Positions 43,232-56,096 are shown, counted from the first letter of the stretch. The stretch: 64,000 bases of DNA from Acidimicrobiia bacterium (GCA_041581135.1 JBFGCM010000001.1:32389-96388); one strand, 5' to 3'. Program-made: numbers and translations. Notes: generated by a model not told the origin, from the letters alone.

Positions 43232-44383
43232 ATGGATCCGGCCCGGCTTCGCAAATGGTTGAGCATCGGCGCTTGGGCGGTGATCGGACTCATCGTCGTC
43301 GTGGTGGCCGCAGCGACATGGCTCTACACCAACGATCTGCGTCGCACGTTCTTGAGCCCGACCGGAGAGCCGCCGGAGCGCACGCTCGAGGTGTTGGGCG
43401 TCGGCAGCGGTCGCGTGGTGCTGTCGTATTCGGAGCTGGCGGCGCTGGACGGCGTATGGGGGCTGCGGGGGGAAGGCGAGGACTACGGCCAGGTCTCCTC
43501 TGTGCTCGACGTCGGTGAGACCCAGGTGGAGCGCAGCTTTCTCGAGTTGGTCGGGGAGTTCTTCCCGGGTGAGGCCGTGGCCCTGGACCAGTATGCGTTC
43601 GCCGGCGATCCGGAGGAAGCGCACGGCATCCCCTTCGAAGAGGTGCAGGTGGCCGGGGACCTCGGGTTCTACCCGGCCTGGTTCATCGATGGCGACAAGG
43701 ACACCTGGGTCGTCTTCATCCACGGCATGGGAGCCGATGAGCGCCGCCAGTCGCTCCGCGTCCTGCCGAGCATCGTCGACGAGGACTTTCCGGTGCTGGT
43801 GATGACCTACCGAAACGACGACGGCGCCCCCGAGACGGACGACGGTCTGTACACGTGGGGTCGAAGCGAATGGCGCGACGTCGAGGCCGCAATCGAGTTC
43901 GGGACGTCGCGGGGCGCAGAGGAGTTCGTCCTGATCGGCTACTCGATGGGCGGCACCATCGCATCGATGTTCCTCCACGAATCCGACCTGGTGGGAGACG
44001 TGCGCGGCGTGGTCCTGGATTCACCGGTCCTGTCATTGGAGGAGGTCATCGATCGGCACGCCGAAGCCAGTAGGCTCCCCGGCGTCCTGAAGGCGATCGG
44101 CAAGGCCGTTGCCCGGGTGCGTTTCGGGTTGGAATGGTCGGAGCTCGATCAGGTGGAACGTTCGAGCCAGTTCGACGTGCCGATCTTGCTCATGCACGGC
44201 GGTAGCGACACGATGGCGCCGATCGAGGTCTCCGAGCTGTTCGCCACCGCCCGCTCGGACCTCGTGAGCTTCGAGCGATTCGACGCCGCCGACCACTTGT
44301 TCCTCTGGAACACGGATCCAACCCGGTACGAGGAAGCCGTGCTGCGGTTCCTCGGCGAGGTCACCCAGATCGATCAGTCCTGA
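43232..44383 (+). CDS. Membrane-anchored alpha/beta hydrolase
   Basis: Has an N-terminal TM segment. The nucleophile elbow is GYSMGG. Also has LLMHGGSD. Confidence 0.75.
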   Translation: MDPARLRKWLSIGAWAVIGLIVVVVAAATWLYTNDLRRTFLSPTGEPPERTLEVLGVGSGRVVLSYSELAALDGVWGLRGEGEDYGQVSSVLDVGETQVERSFLELVGEFFPGEAVALDQYAFAGDPEEAHGIPFEEVQVAGDLGFYPAWFIDGDKDTWVVFIHGMGADERRQSLRVLPSIVDEDFPVLVMTYRNDDGAPETDDGLYTWGRSEWRDVEAAIEFGTSRGAEEFVLIGYSMGGTIASMFLHESDLVGDVRGVVLDSPVLSLEEVIDRHAEASRLPGVLKAIGKAVARVRFGLEWSELDQVERSSQFDVPILLMHGGSDTMAPIEVSELFATARSDLVSFERFDAADHLFLWNTDPTRYEEAVLRFLGEVTQIDQS

Positions 44384-44473
44384 GCCGAAGACGGTCATTG
44401 GCGGTCGGCTCCGCTGCCGACGTCACCGCTTGGTTCCTGCCTTCCCGCCGGTCTGCGAGAATGCCGGCTACCC

Positions 44474-45610
44474 ATGTTGTATCTCGACCATGCCGCCACG
44501 ACGACGGTGCGGCCCGAGGTTCGGGAAGCCATGGCTCCGTTCTTCGACGAGACCTTCGGCAACCCGTCGGGCCTGCACCAGGTGTCCCAGCGCGCCAAGA
44601 ACGCGATGGAGGAGGCGCGAGAGCGCGCCGCCGAGTTGCTCGGGGCGGCTCGACCCCTCGAGATCGTCTTCACCGCCGGCGGCACGGAGGCCGACAACTT
44701 GGCGCTGGTCGGTGTCGCCCTCGCCGGGGGCGCACGACGCGGCGTGGTGACGAGTGCCATCGAACACGAGGCCGTGCTTGACACGGCACACTTCCTGGAA
44801 CGGCTCGGCTGTCCGCTCGAGGTCGTCGGTGTGGACGGAGAGGGGCTGGTCGACCCTGCCGAGGTGGCGAATCGGGTGACCGCTGTCACCGGCGTGGTTT
44901 CGGTGATGGCGGCCAACAACGAGACCGGCACGGTACAGCCGTTGCGCAAGATCGCCGAGGCGGTGGCGGCCCGGGAAGGCGCTGCGGTCCTCCACACCGA
45001 CGCGGTGCAGGCCTTCATCAGCGAGGAGATCACCGTGGCGTCGACCGGTGCCGACCTCATCTCGCTGGCGTCCCACAAGTTGGGAGGGCCCAAGGGTGTT
45101 GGTCTGCTCTATGTGCGTGACGGGATCGAGTTGGAGCCGGTCTTGCATGGCGGCGGCCAGGAGCTGGGCCGCCGCTCGGGGACGCACAATGTGGCCGGCA
45201 TCGTCGGAATGGTGGCGGCGATGGACGCCGCCGTGGCCGACCGCCACGCCTTTCGGAACCGGGTCGGCGAGGCTCGGGATCGGTTCGAGGCGGCGCTCCG
45301 CAGGGCCATCCCCGACCTGGTCGTCAACGCTCCGGTGGATGCCCGCCTCGTCCAGCATTCCCACATCCGCCTCCCCGGCGTCAGCAGCGAGACCCTGCTC
45401 ATTCGGCTGGATCAGGCCGGGATCTGCGCCGCGGCCGGCTCTGCCTGTCAGAGCGGTGCGGTGGAGATCTCCCACGTGCTGGCGGCCATGGGCATGACGG
45501 AGACTGCAGCCGGCGAGTGCGTTCGCTTCACCTTCGGATGGGTGAACGCTGCCCAGGACGGCGACGAGGCGGCGCAGCGCGTGCTCGAGGTCGTGGCAGG
45601 GATGCGATGA
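44474..45610 (+). CDS. iscS: Cysteine desulfurase (NifS/IscS family)
   Basis: Contains LYLDHAATT, the PLP-Lys context SHKLGGPKGVG and the catalytic Cys context GSACQSG. Confidence 0.9.
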   Translation: MLYLDHAATTTVRPEVREAMAPFFDETFGNPSGLHQVSQRAKNAMEEARERAAELLGAARPLEIVFTAGGTEADNLALVGVALAGGARRGVVTSAIEHEAVLDTAHFLERLGCPLEVVGVDGEGLVDPAEVANRVTAVTGVVSVMAANNETGTVQPLRKIAEAVAAREGAAVLHTDAVQAFISEEITVASTGADLISLASHKLGGPKGVGLLYVRDGIELEPVLHGGGQELGRRSGTHNVAGIVGMVAAMDAAVADRHAFRNRVGEARDRFEAALRRAIPDLVVNAPVDARLVQHSHIRLPGVSSETLLIRLDQAGICAAAGSACQSGAVEISHVLAAMGMTETAAGECVRFTFGWVNAAQDGDEAAQRVLEVVAGMR

Positions 45611-46668
45611 AGGCGCTCGTTGCCATGTCGGGAGGGGTCGACTCTTCGGTCGCTGCGGCGCTGATGGTCGAGGCCGGCCATGAGGTCATCGGGGTGACCT
45701 TGAAGCAGTGGGAAGGACCGGGCGGGGAGCAGCCCACAGCCGGCTGCTGCACCGTCGGCGATGCCGAGGACGCCCGGCGCGCCGCCGCCCAGCTCGGGAT
45801 TTCCTATTACGTGCTCGACTACGTCGACGAGTTCCGCCGTGCCGTTGTGGATCGTTTCGGTGAGGCGTACATGTCCGGGCTGACGCCGAACCCGTGTGTG
45901 GAGTGCAACCGCACGGTGCGGTTCCACGCCCTGCTGGAGCGCACCGCCGAGCTCGGCTGCGACGTGTTGGTCACGGGCCACCACGCCCGGATTCGTCGTG
46001 ATGGCGCCGGGTACCACCTGCTCGTGGCCGCCGATGGGAGCAAGGACCAGTCCTACGTGCTGCACATGCTGGGCCAGCACGAGCTGGAGCACGTGCGGCT
46101 GCCGGTGGGCGAGATGACCAAGGCCGAGGTGCGTGCCCACGCCGCCCGGCTCGGACTCCGCACGGCCGCCAAACCCGACAGCCAGGATCTGTGCTTCGTG
46201 GGCGCGGGCGACTACCGAGACTTCCTCCGTAAGCACTTCCCCGAGGCCGCCCGGCCCGGGAGCATCGTCGATGAGAGCGGCGAAGAGCTGGGTCGGCACG
46301 AGGGCACGGTCGACTTCACCGTCGGTCAGCGCCGAGGACTCGGGGTCGCAGTGGGCGAGCCCCGGTACGTCGTGGACATCCAGCCGGCAGTCGCCACCGT
46401 CGTGGTGGGACGCCGGGACGCCCTGCTGTCCGATGGCTGCGAGCTGGGGGACGTGCGGTTCGTCGCCGGCCGACCCCCGGTGGACCATGCAGTAGAGGTC
46501 AAGGTGCGGTATCGCTCCCAACCGGCTCCGGCACGCCTCGAGCCGAATGGTGATACCTGGCTGGTTCGGTTCGAAGAGGCCCAGCCGGCGGTGGCGCCCG
46601 GCCAGGCCGGCGTGCTGTACCGCGGCGACGAGGTGCTGGGCGGCGGCACCATTCTCGCCCGCCTCTGA
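45607..46668 (+). CDS. mnmA: tRNA 2-thiouridine(34) synthase
   Basis: The ATG overlaps the iscS stop. The PP-loop is VAMSGGVDSS. Also has NPCVECN. Confidence 0.92.
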   Translation: MKALVAMSGGVDSSVAAALMVEAGHEVIGVTLKQWEGPGGEQPTAGCCTVGDAEDARRAAAQLGISYYVLDYVDEFRRAVVDRFGEAYMSGLTPNPCVECNRTVRFHALLERTAELGCDVLVTGHHARIRRDGAGYHLLVAADGSKDQSYVLHMLGQHELEHVRLPVGEMTKAEVRAHAARLGLRTAAKPDSQDLCFVGAGDYRDFLRKHFPEAARPGSIVDESGEELGRHEGTVDFTVGQRRGLGVAVGEPRYVVDIQPAVATVVVGRRDALLSDGCELGDVRFVAGRPPVDHAVEVKVRYRSQPAPARLEPNGDTWLVRFEEAQPAVAPGQAGVLYRGDEVLGGGTILARL

Positions 46669-48735
<2,067 letters not shown>

Positions 48736-49143
48736 CTAGCCCGCTTCGAAGCTCCAGCGATACTCGCCCTCCCCGCTCGCTCCCTTCCACCGCACGGCGA
48801 CCGTGTGGATGCCGGCATTCCATGCACTGCGGCGCCGGTCCGCGGCGGGTGCCCACTCGTAGCCGTCCGGACCGACCGCGATCTCTGCGTCCGGTACCTG
48901 CAATTGGTCGACGAACAGCTCGATGGTGTACCCGGGGTCGATTGCGACGACGACGGGGCTGGTGTCGCCCACCGGCACCGTGCCCAGTGGAGCGACGCGA
49001 TCGATGAAGTCGGGCAGCGGCGCTTCCCGCGACGGCGGCAGGAACACCACGAAGCCGACGATGATCGCAGCGAAGAGCACCCCGGCGATGGCGAGGGCGA
49101 TGCGGAACCGGCTCTGTTGCCTGGGCGTCAGCGGGATCGACAC
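48736..49143 (-). CDS. Membrane-anchored hypothetical protein
   Basis: Has one TM segment (FRIALAIAGVLFAAIIVGFVVFL) followed by a ~90-aa soluble domain. Its stop abuts the ligA stop. Confidence 0.5.
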   Translation of the reverse strand: MSIPLTPRQQSRFRIALAIAGVLFAAIIVGFVVFLPPSREAPLPDFIDRVAPLGTVPVGDTSPVVVAIDPGYTIELFVDQLQVPDAEIAVGPDGYEWAPAADRRRSAWNAGIHTVAVRWKGASGEGEYRWSFEAG

Positions 49144-49207
49144 GAAGAGAGATGCTACGGCGGTGAGGCGGCGTCATGGTTCCGGAGAAACCAGTTACCG
49201 TTGCGGT

Positions 49208-50350
49208 ATGCGCTTGAACCCGATCTTCGCCGAGCTCGGAACGTACCCCATCCAGGAGATCAAGGACCGCGCCTTGGCGATCCTGGCTCGTGGGGAGCGG
49301 CTCATCGACTTCTCCATCGGTGATCCGACCGAGCCGACCCCGGCGTTCATCGCTAAGGCGCTCAGAGATGCGGTGCCCGCCGTCTCGCAGTATCCGAGTG
49401 CGTCAGGCACGCCCGAGCAGCGGCAGGCCATCGCCGACTACGTGGCCAGACGCTTCGGCGTCACGGTGGATCCCGACGTGCACATCGTGCCGACCTCCGG
49501 CTCCAAGGAGGCGATCTTCTCCACCCCGCTCGCCTTTGTCGATCGAGATGCCGGCGACATCGTCGCCTACGGGACCCCGGGGTATCCGGTGTACGAGCGA
49601 GGCGCCTTGTTCGCCGGAGCCCGAATTCACCCGATCGTGCTCGAAGGCGATTTCGTGCTTCGCGCCGGCGACGTTCCGGACGACGTCTGGGCGCAGGCCG
49701 CGATGCTGTGGCTGTGCACGCCCCACAACCCTGCCGGAGCCGTGACCTCGGCGGCCGAACTGTCCGACCTGCTCGAGGCGGCGCGTGCCTCGGACACGCT
49801 GCTGCTCTCCGACGAGTGCTACACCGACGTGTACGAGGGGGCGCCTCCGGCCTCGGCGCTCCAAGTGGCCGGGGAGGGGGCGAGGGGCGTGCTCGTCTAT
49901 CTCAGCTGTTCCAAGCGATCCGGGATGACCGGCTACCGCTCGGGAGCGATCATCGGCGATGCCGAGGCCATCGACGCCCTCAAGCGGTTGCGCACCACGA
50001 CCGGCACGGCACCCACTGTGTTCGTGTCGGCGGCAGCCGCCACGGCATGGAGCGACGACGATCACGCCGCCGAGCGCCGTGAGATCTTCGCCAGGAAACG
50101 AGCGATTCTCCGCAAAGCGTTCGACGAGGTCGGCTACGAGACCGTTGCCTCCCAGGCCGGCCTCTACCTGTGGCTCCGGGTGGGTGATGACGTGGCGGTC
50201 GCCTCGAGGCTGCTCGACGGCGGTGTCGTGGTCTCGCCGGGCCGGGCGTTCGGCCCAGGTGGTGAGGGGTACATCCGGTTGGCGCTCGTGCCGACCGTCG
50301 AGGAGTGTGAGGCGGCGGTGGAGGTCGTGCAGCAGTGCCTGTCGAACTGA
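49208..50350 (+). CDS. dapC: Class I/II aminotransferase, succinyldiaminopimelate transaminase-like
   Basis: Trimmed to MRLNPIFAELGTYPIQEI. The PLP Lys context is SCSKRSGMTGYRSG. The gene lies directly upstream of dapD and dapE. Confidence 0.75.
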   Translation: MRLNPIFAELGTYPIQEIKDRALAILARGERLIDFSIGDPTEPTPAFIAKALRDAVPAVSQYPSASGTPEQRQAIADYVARRFGVTVDPDVHIVPTSGSKEAIFSTPLAFVDRDAGDIVAYGTPGYPVYERGALFAGARIHPIVLEGDFVLRAGDVPDDVWAQAAMLWLCTPHNPAGAVTSAAELSDLLEAARASDTLLLSDECYTDVYEGAPPASALQVAGEGARGVLVYLSCSKRSGMTGYRSGAIIGDAEAIDALKRLRTTTGTAPTVFVSAAAATAWSDDDHAAERREIFARKRAILRKAFDEVGYETVASQAGLYLWLRVGDDVAVASRLLDGGVVVSPGRAFGPGGEGYIRLALVPTVEECEAAVEVVQQCLSN

Positions 50351-51153
50351 CGGACCAAGCGTTGATAGAGGCGGCGTACGTCGATCTGGAGCGACTCGGT
50401 GATGCCGCAGAAGCCGTCCATCGCACGATCGCTGCGCTCGACGCCGGCGAGGTTCGCGTAGCGGAGAAGTCCGGCGGCGAATGGCATGTCAACGAGTGGG
50501 TCAAGGAGGCGATCCTGCTCTACTTCCGGCTTGCCGAGCTGGGGGTCAGCGAGGCCGGACCGTTCGAGTACCACGACAAGATCCCCACCAAGCGCGGGCT
50601 CGCCGACGCCGGCATCCGGGTGGTTCCCCCGGGAACGGTCCGGTACGGCGCCTACTGCGAACCAGGCGTGGTGGTGATGCCCGGCTACGTGAACATCGGG
50701 GCGTACGTGGGCAGCGGCACGATGGTGGACACGTGGGCCACGGTCGGCTCCTGTGCCCAGATCGGCCGTGACGTGCACCTCTCCGGCGGCGTGGGTATCG
50801 GTGGTGTGCTGGAGCCGCCATCGGCCCGGCCGGTGATCATCGAAGACGGCGCCTTCATCGGCAGTCGTTCCATCATCGTCGAGGGGGCGCTGATCGAGTC
50901 CGGCGCCGTGATCGGGGCCAACACCAGCATCACGTCGTCGACGCCCATCATCGACGTCACCGGTGAGGAACCCGTCGAGACGAGGGGTCGGGTACCGGCC
51001 AACTCGGTGGTCGTGCCCGGCACGCGTCCCAAGGACTTCGCGGCCGGTAGCTACCACCTGCAGTGTGCGCTCATCATCGGCAAGCGCAAGGAATCGACGG
51101 ACCGCAAGACCTCCCTCAACGACGCGTTGCGCGTGTTCGAGGTGCAGGTGTGA
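50335..51153 (+). CDS. dapD: 2,3,4,5-tetrahydropyridine-2,6-dicarboxylate N-succinyltransferase
   Basis: EWHVNEWVKEAILLYFR is followed by hexapeptide repeats. The gene overlaps dapC by 16 nt. Confidence 0.88.
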   Translation: MPVELTDQALIEAAYVDLERLGDAAEAVHRTIAALDAGEVRVAEKSGGEWHVNEWVKEAILLYFRLAELGVSEAGPFEYHDKIPTKRGLADAGIRVVPPGTVRYGAYCEPGVVVMPGYVNIGAYVGSGTMVDTWATVGSCAQIGRDVHLSGGVGIGGVLEPPSARPVIIEDGAFIGSRSIIVEGALIESGAVIGANTSITSSTPIIDVTGEEPVETRGRVPANSVVVPGTRPKDFAAGSYHLQCALIIGKRKESTDRKTSLNDALRVFEVQV

Positions 51154-52202
51154 CGCTGGAGGAGACGCTCGTCTCATTGGTCGACATCCCTTCCGTCACG
51201 GGCGCAGAGGGCAGACTGTGCACGGCCTTGGCGCAGAGGTTGCTGCCGGTCTACGACATGGATGGGGTCTCCCGGATCGGCAACAGCCTCGTCGTCGGCC
51301 GCCGCACCGGACGGCCGATCCTCGCTCTGGTGGGCCACATCGACACGGTCCCCGAGCAGGGCAATGGCACCGCCAGGATCGCCGACGGCATGGTCTACGG
51401 CCTCGGCACCTCCGACATGAAAGGCGGCGTCGCCGTCATGGTCCACCTGCTCGAAGACGAGCTGGTCCGTGCGAGCGACTTCGACGTCGTGGGGGTCTTC
51501 TACGACAAGGAGGAGGGCTCGATGGCCGACAACGGGCTCGAGCCGGTGCTCGACGCCGTGCCCTGGCTGGAGGAAGCCGAGTTCGCCGTGGTGTTGGAGC
51601 CGACCGACTTGGAGCTCCAGTTGGGCTGCAACGGCAGCTTGAACGCACGGATCACCTTCATGGGCTCGTCTGCGCACAGCGCTCGGCCCTGGCTGGGGAG
51701 TAACGCGATCACCCGAGCCGGGGCCTGGCTCGATGAGATGCACCGGCGTGAGCCGCAACCGGTCACGGTGGCCGGCCTGGAGTTCCTCGAAGTGTTCTCG
51801 GTGACCAAGGCCGGCGGGGGCATCGCCCACAACGTCATCCCGCCACGATTCGATCTCAACCTGAACTACCGGTTCCCTCCGATCTACTCGATGGAGGACG
51901 CGGCCCGTCGCGTCGCCGAGGTGGCCGCTGCCGCCGACGAGGTGGAGGTCATCGACGCCGCTCCCTCCGGCGAGATCGCCGAAGACAACCCACACCTGCA
52001 GCGGCTGGCCACCGTCAGCGGGGCAGAACGCACCGCCAAACAGGCGTGGACCGACGTTGCTCGCCTCACCAGCCGGGGCATCGCCGCCGTCAACTACGGA
52101 CCGGGTCTCGTCACACAGGCGCACCAGGTGGGCGAGCACGTGCCCATCGCCAACCTCGAAGCGTGCTACACCACACTCCGTCGGTTCCTCACCGAACCCT
52201 GA
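51150..52202 (+). CDS. dapE: Succinyl-diaminopimelate desuccinylase (M20 peptidase)
   Basis: GTG at 51150 overlaps the dapD stop. Contains LVGHIDTVP and GTSDMKGG. Confidence 0.85.
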   Translation: MTLEETLVSLVDIPSVTGAEGRLCTALAQRLLPVYDMDGVSRIGNSLVVGRRTGRPILALVGHIDTVPEQGNGTARIADGMVYGLGTSDMKGGVAVMVHLLEDELVRASDFDVVGVFYDKEEGSMADNGLEPVLDAVPWLEEAEFAVVLEPTDLELQLGCNGSLNARITFMGSSAHSARPWLGSNAITRAGAWLDEMHRREPQPVTVAGLEFLEVFSVTKAGGGIAHNVIPPRFDLNLNYRFPPIYSMEDAARRVAEVAAAADEVEVIDAAPSGEIAEDNPHLQRLATVSGAERTAKQAWTDVARLTSRGIAAVNYGPGLVTQAHQVGEHVPIANLEACYTTLRRFLTEP

Positions 52203-52262
52203 CCCGCGCGGCAGCTCGGTAATGTCAATGCGAGATCACCGTCGACCACTTGGAGGGACACG

Positions 52263-52727
52263 ATGGCGGCGCCGAGGCTCCGGATGCGGCACGCCGGCCA
52301 GGAAGCAATCGTGACCGGGGACGACGTCGCCGTCATCGGCTCAGGTGACGGCGCCACCCTTACGGTCCGCCGACCCGGTATCTCGCGCCGTCACGCCGAG
52401 GTCCGGTACACCGATACCCATTGGGTGGTGCGAGACACCGAGAGCCTCAACGGCACCTTTACCGATGGGCGGCGGGTCGACGTCATGCAGATCGACAAGG
52501 CCGTGACGCTCCGGCTCGGTCATCCCGACGAGGGCGAGGTGGTGGAGCTCGAGCCCCTCGGGGACGGCGCCCCTCCCGAGGCCACGCAACTGATCGACAC
52601 GCCGGGCGCGGCTCCCTCCGCACCCGGTCGTGACACCATGGAACGCGTCATCTTGGCGTTGTGGGCGATCGCCGGCGCCATCGTGTTCCTCGGCGCCGCC
52701 ATCATCATCGCCGCCGTCATCTCCTGA
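52263..52727 (+). CDS. FHA domain protein with C-terminal TM anchor
   Basis: The FHA core is ISRRHAEVRYTDTHWVVRDTESLNGTFTDGRRV. The C-terminal TM segment is VILALWAIAGAIVFLGAAIIIAAVI. Confidence 0.8.
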   Translation: MAAPRLRMRHAGQEAIVTGDDVAVIGSGDGATLTVRRPGISRRHAEVRYTDTHWVVRDTESLNGTFTDGRRVDVMQIDKAVTLRLGHPDEGEVVELEPLGDGAPPEATQLIDTPGAAPSAPGRDTMERVILALWAIAGAIVFLGAAIIIAAVIS

Positions 52728-52825
52728 GCGACGGTGACCCGGCAGGGCATGGGTGACGTGCCTCGCGACGACATGCCATCGGCCCGATGTGAGTAGGTTT
52801 GTCGGGCGACGGTTGGAGGGTGTCC

Positions 52826-53767
52826 ATGGTGCAGGAACTGGTGCTGGAATGTTCCGGGCTGTCAAAGTCGTACGGGTCCCGCCTGGCCGTCGACGACGTC
52901 GGGTTCTCGATCGCATCCGGTGAGACGTATGGACTGCTCGGACCCAACGGAGCGGGCAAGACCACCAGCATCTCCATGATCGCCGGCTTGCTGGAACGCG
53001 ACGCCGGCACCGTCGTCGTGGCCGGACAGACGCTGGACACCTCGTCCACGGACGCGAAGAAGGCCATCGGCCTCGTACCCCAGGACATCGCCCTGTATCC
53101 GGATCTGACCGCTCGGGAGAATCTGGTCTTCTTCGCCAAGCTCTACGGCCTCGAAGGCAATCTGAAACAACGCGTCGACGAGGTGCTCGCGATCGTGGAG
53201 CTTGCCGAGCGCGCCGGCGACCGGGTCGACGAGTTCTCCGGGGGCATGAAGCGACGCCTCAACATCGGTATCGGATTGCTCCACCATCCCCGGCTCCTCA
53301 TCCTCGACGAGCCGACCGTCGGCGTCGATCCGCAGAGCCGCAACGCCATCCTCGGCAGCGTCGAACAGCTGGGGGAGGAAGGGATGGCAGTGCTGTACAC
53401 GACGCACTACATGGAAGAGGCCGAACGGTTGTGCGACCGGGTGGGGATCATCGACGAGGGCAGGATCATCGCCGAGGGCACCCGCCGCGAGCTGGTGGCG
53501 ATCGTCGGCCAGCGAGATCGGATCCACTTGACCGCAACCGGCGATCTGGAGGCTGTGGCGGCCGCGTTGCGGGGCCATGATGCGGTCGATGATGCGTCCG
53601 GCGCCGATGGCGCCCTGGAGTTGGTGGTGCGCGAAGCATCTGCGGTGCTCCCTGGCCTACTGGCTGCAGCGACCACCGCCGGTGCCACCATCACCGGCGT
53701 GGAGGTGGTCGAGCCCGACCTGGAGGCGGTGTTCCTGCACCTCACCGGCAAGGCACTGCGGGAGTAG
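52826..53767 (+). CDS. ABC transporter ATP-binding protein
   Basis: The ATG is preceded by GGAGGG. Walker A is GPNGAGKTT, the signature is FSGGMKRR and Walker B is LLILDEP. Confidence 0.9.
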   Translation: MVQELVLECSGLSKSYGSRLAVDDVGFSIASGETYGLLGPNGAGKTTSISMIAGLLERDAGTVVVAGQTLDTSSTDAKKAIGLVPQDIALYPDLTARENLVFFAKLYGLEGNLKQRVDEVLAIVELAERAGDRVDEFSGGMKRRLNIGIGLLHHPRLLILDEPTVGVDPQSRNAILGSVEQLGEEGMAVLYTTHYMEEAERLCDRVGIIDEGRIIAEGTRRELVAIVGQRDRIHLTATGDLEAVAAALRGHDAVDDASGADGALELVVREASAVLPGLLAAATTAGATITGVEVVEPDLEAVFLHLTGKALRE

Positions 53768-53769
53768 CC

Positions 53770-54945
53770 GTGCTGCGACCGGCGATGCTCATCGCGGCGA
53801 AAGACCTCAAGCAACGCCTGCGCGACCGCTCCGCGATCGTCTTGGCCGTCGTGGTGCCGTTGGGACTGGCATTCATCCTCAGTGCCACCATCGGTGGTGC
53901 CGGAGAGGGTGACTTCACGATCCCGGTCGCCATCGCCGATCTCGATGGGGGTGACGTCGCCCTCGGTTTCCGTGGGTTGCTGGACGACCTCGAAGCCCAA
54001 GGATTGCTCGAGGTGCAGGAGGCCCCCGACGCCGCCGCCGTGGCGGCGCTCGCCGAGGACGGTGAGGTCTCTGCCGGGTACGTGCTCCCGGCGGGATTCT
54101 CGGTGGCGGCGACCGGATCGGAGCCGACTGCCATCGAGATCAGCGTCAACCCGGAGAGCGACATCGGCGCCGACGTGGCGACGGCGATCGCCCAGGGATT
54201 CGCCAGCGAGGTCACTGCCGTGCAGGTGACGATCTCGGCGGCCCTCGCATCGGGCGCCTCGGGCGACATCGGCGCCCTGATCGACTCCGCCGTGGCGCAG
54301 GGCAGTCCGATCCAGCTCCAAGCCACGGAGCTCGAGGGGGAGGGGGGCTTCGATTTCGCCACCTTCTATGCCATCGGCATCGCCGTATTCTTCGTGTACT
54401 TCACCGTGCAGTTCGGTGTGCTGGGCCTCATCGAGGAGCGGGAGAAGGGCACCATGACCCGACTCATCGCCGCCCCCATCCCGCCGACGATGATCCTGCT
54501 CGGGAAGCTCCTCAGCTCATTCGCCGTCGGTGTCGGGTCGATGATCGTGCTGTGGCTGGCCACCGGGTTCGCCATGGGAGCAGAGTGGGGTGATCCGCTG
54601 GGCGTGGTGGTGATGATCGTCGCTGCGGTGCTCTCGGCGATGGGCATCACCGCGCTGGTGGCCACCTTCGCCCACACCGCAGAGCAAGCCGGCGGCTGGA
54701 GCTCGATCGTTGTCGTGGTCTTGGGTCTCATGGGCGGCACCTTCTTCCCGATCTCCCAGGCGTCGAGTGTCTTGGCGAACATCAGCTTTCTCACGCCGCA
54801 CCGGTGGCTCATGGAGGGGTTCTTGGACCTCTCCGCAGGCGACGGGCTCGTCGATGTCCTGCCGTCAGTCGGCTTCGTAGTGGCCTTCGGCGTGGTCACC
54901 GGCCTCATCGGCCTGCTCCGTGCGCGGCACTTGGTGACGGCGTGA
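53770..54945 (+). CDS. ABC-2 type transporter permease
   Basis: Has an N-terminal TM segment, a large extracytoplasmic loop and a C-terminal multi-TM bundle. Confidence 0.8.
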   Translation: MLRPAMLIAAKDLKQRLRDRSAIVLAVVVPLGLAFILSATIGGAGEGDFTIPVAIADLDGGDVALGFRGLLDDLEAQGLLEVQEAPDAAAVAALAEDGEVSAGYVLPAGFSVAATGSEPTAIEISVNPESDIGADVATAIAQGFASEVTAVQVTISAALASGASGDIGALIDSAVAQGSPIQLQATELEGEGGFDFATFYAIGIAVFFVYFTVQFGVLGLIEEREKGTMTRLIAAPIPPTMILLGKLLSSFAVGVGSMIVLWLATGFAMGAEWGDPLGVVVMIVAAVLSAMGITALVATFAHTAEQAGGWSSIVVVVLGLMGGTFFPISQASSVLANISFLTPHRWLMEGFLDLSAGDGLVDVLPSVGFVVAFGVVTGLIGLLRARHLVTA

Positions 54946-56090
54946 AGAAGGTTCTGGCGATCGCCGGCACGAGTGTGCGCCGCTTGTTCCGCGATCGGCT
55001 GAACATCTTCTTCGTGCTCATCCTGCCGATCCTCCTCATCACTGTCATCGGCATCGTGTTCGGTGGGGGATTCACCCCCCGCATCGGTGTGATCTCGACC
55101 GACACCGGCGATCTCGGTGCGGAGCTGGTCGGCCGCCTCGAGGCGCTCGACTCGATCGCCCTTCTGCCATTCGACGACGTGGAGCAGATGCACAAGGAGA
55201 TCGACCGCGCCAACCTGGAGGCGGGACTCGTCATCCCCGCCGGCTACGACGAGACGCTGCGGTCCGGAGGTACCGTGACCCTGGACTACGCGGCGTTGCC
55301 CCGAGGCGGTGGCTTCGAGGTGCAGAGCCTCGTCTCCGCCGAGATCTCACAGCAAGCCGCCTCCGTGCGCGCTGCACAGTTCGTGTCCGGCGTCACAGAG
55401 GTCGGGTTCGACGACGCACTGGATGTGGCCGAGAACGTCGAGGTCGGCGGCGTCACCGTCACCATCACGGGCGATCAGCGGCCGTCAACCGTCGGCCAGT
55501 TCGACCTTGGGGCGGCCCAGAACCTGGTGCTCTTCATGTTCGTGACGTCGCTTGCCGCATCCGCGGCTTTGATCCAGTCGCGTCGATTCGGGGTGTCCAC
55601 GAGGATGCTGTCCACCCCCACGCCTGCTCGAGTGATCATCGCCGGGGAAACCATGGGCCGGTTCTCGGTGGCACTGGTCCAGGGCCTGTTCATCGCCGTG
55701 GTCGCATCCATCGCCTTCGGCGTCAACTGGGGGTCGTTGGCCGGCGCCGCCGCCGTCGTCGTGGCGTTCGCCCTGGTCGGGACCGGTGCCGCCATGCTCA
55801 TGGGGTCGCTCTTCAGCAATGATCAGCAGGCCGGGGGTTTGGGCGTGTTCATCGGGCTCGGCTTCGGCGCGCTCGGTGGCTGCATGGTGCCGCTGGAGGT
55901 GTTTTCACCCACGATGCGCAACGTGGCACACGTGACGCCACACGCCTGGGCGCTCGACGGCTTCAGCGAACTGATTCGGCGGGATGGCGGGCTCACCGAC
56001 ATCTGGGTGGAGGTGGCGGTGCTCCTGGCTTTCGCCGCGGTGCTGATGGCGCTCGCAACCTGGTCGTTCCGGCGTGCCATCACCGCCTGA
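54942..56090 (+). CDS. ABC-2 type transporter permease (second paralog)
   Basis: GTG at 54942 overlaps the upstream stop. The architecture matches the preceding permease. Confidence 0.8.
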   Translation: MKKVLAIAGTSVRRLFRDRLNIFFVLILPILLITVIGIVFGGGFTPRIGVISTDTGDLGAELVGRLEALDSIALLPFDDVEQMHKEIDRANLEAGLVIPAGYDETLRSGGTVTLDYAALPRGGGFEVQSLVSAEISQQAASVRAAQFVSGVTEVGFDDALDVAENVEVGGVTVTITGDQRPSTVGQFDLGAAQNLVLFMFVTSLAASAALIQSRRFGVSTRMLSTPTPARVIIAGETMGRFSVALVQGLFIAVVASIAFGVNWGSLAGAAAVVVAFALVGTGAAMLMGSLFSNDQQAGGLGVFIGLGFGALGGCMVPLEVFSPTMRNVAHVTPHAWALDGFSELIRRDGGLTDIWVEVAVLLAFAAVLMALATWSFRRAITA

Positions 56091-56096
56091 GGTCCC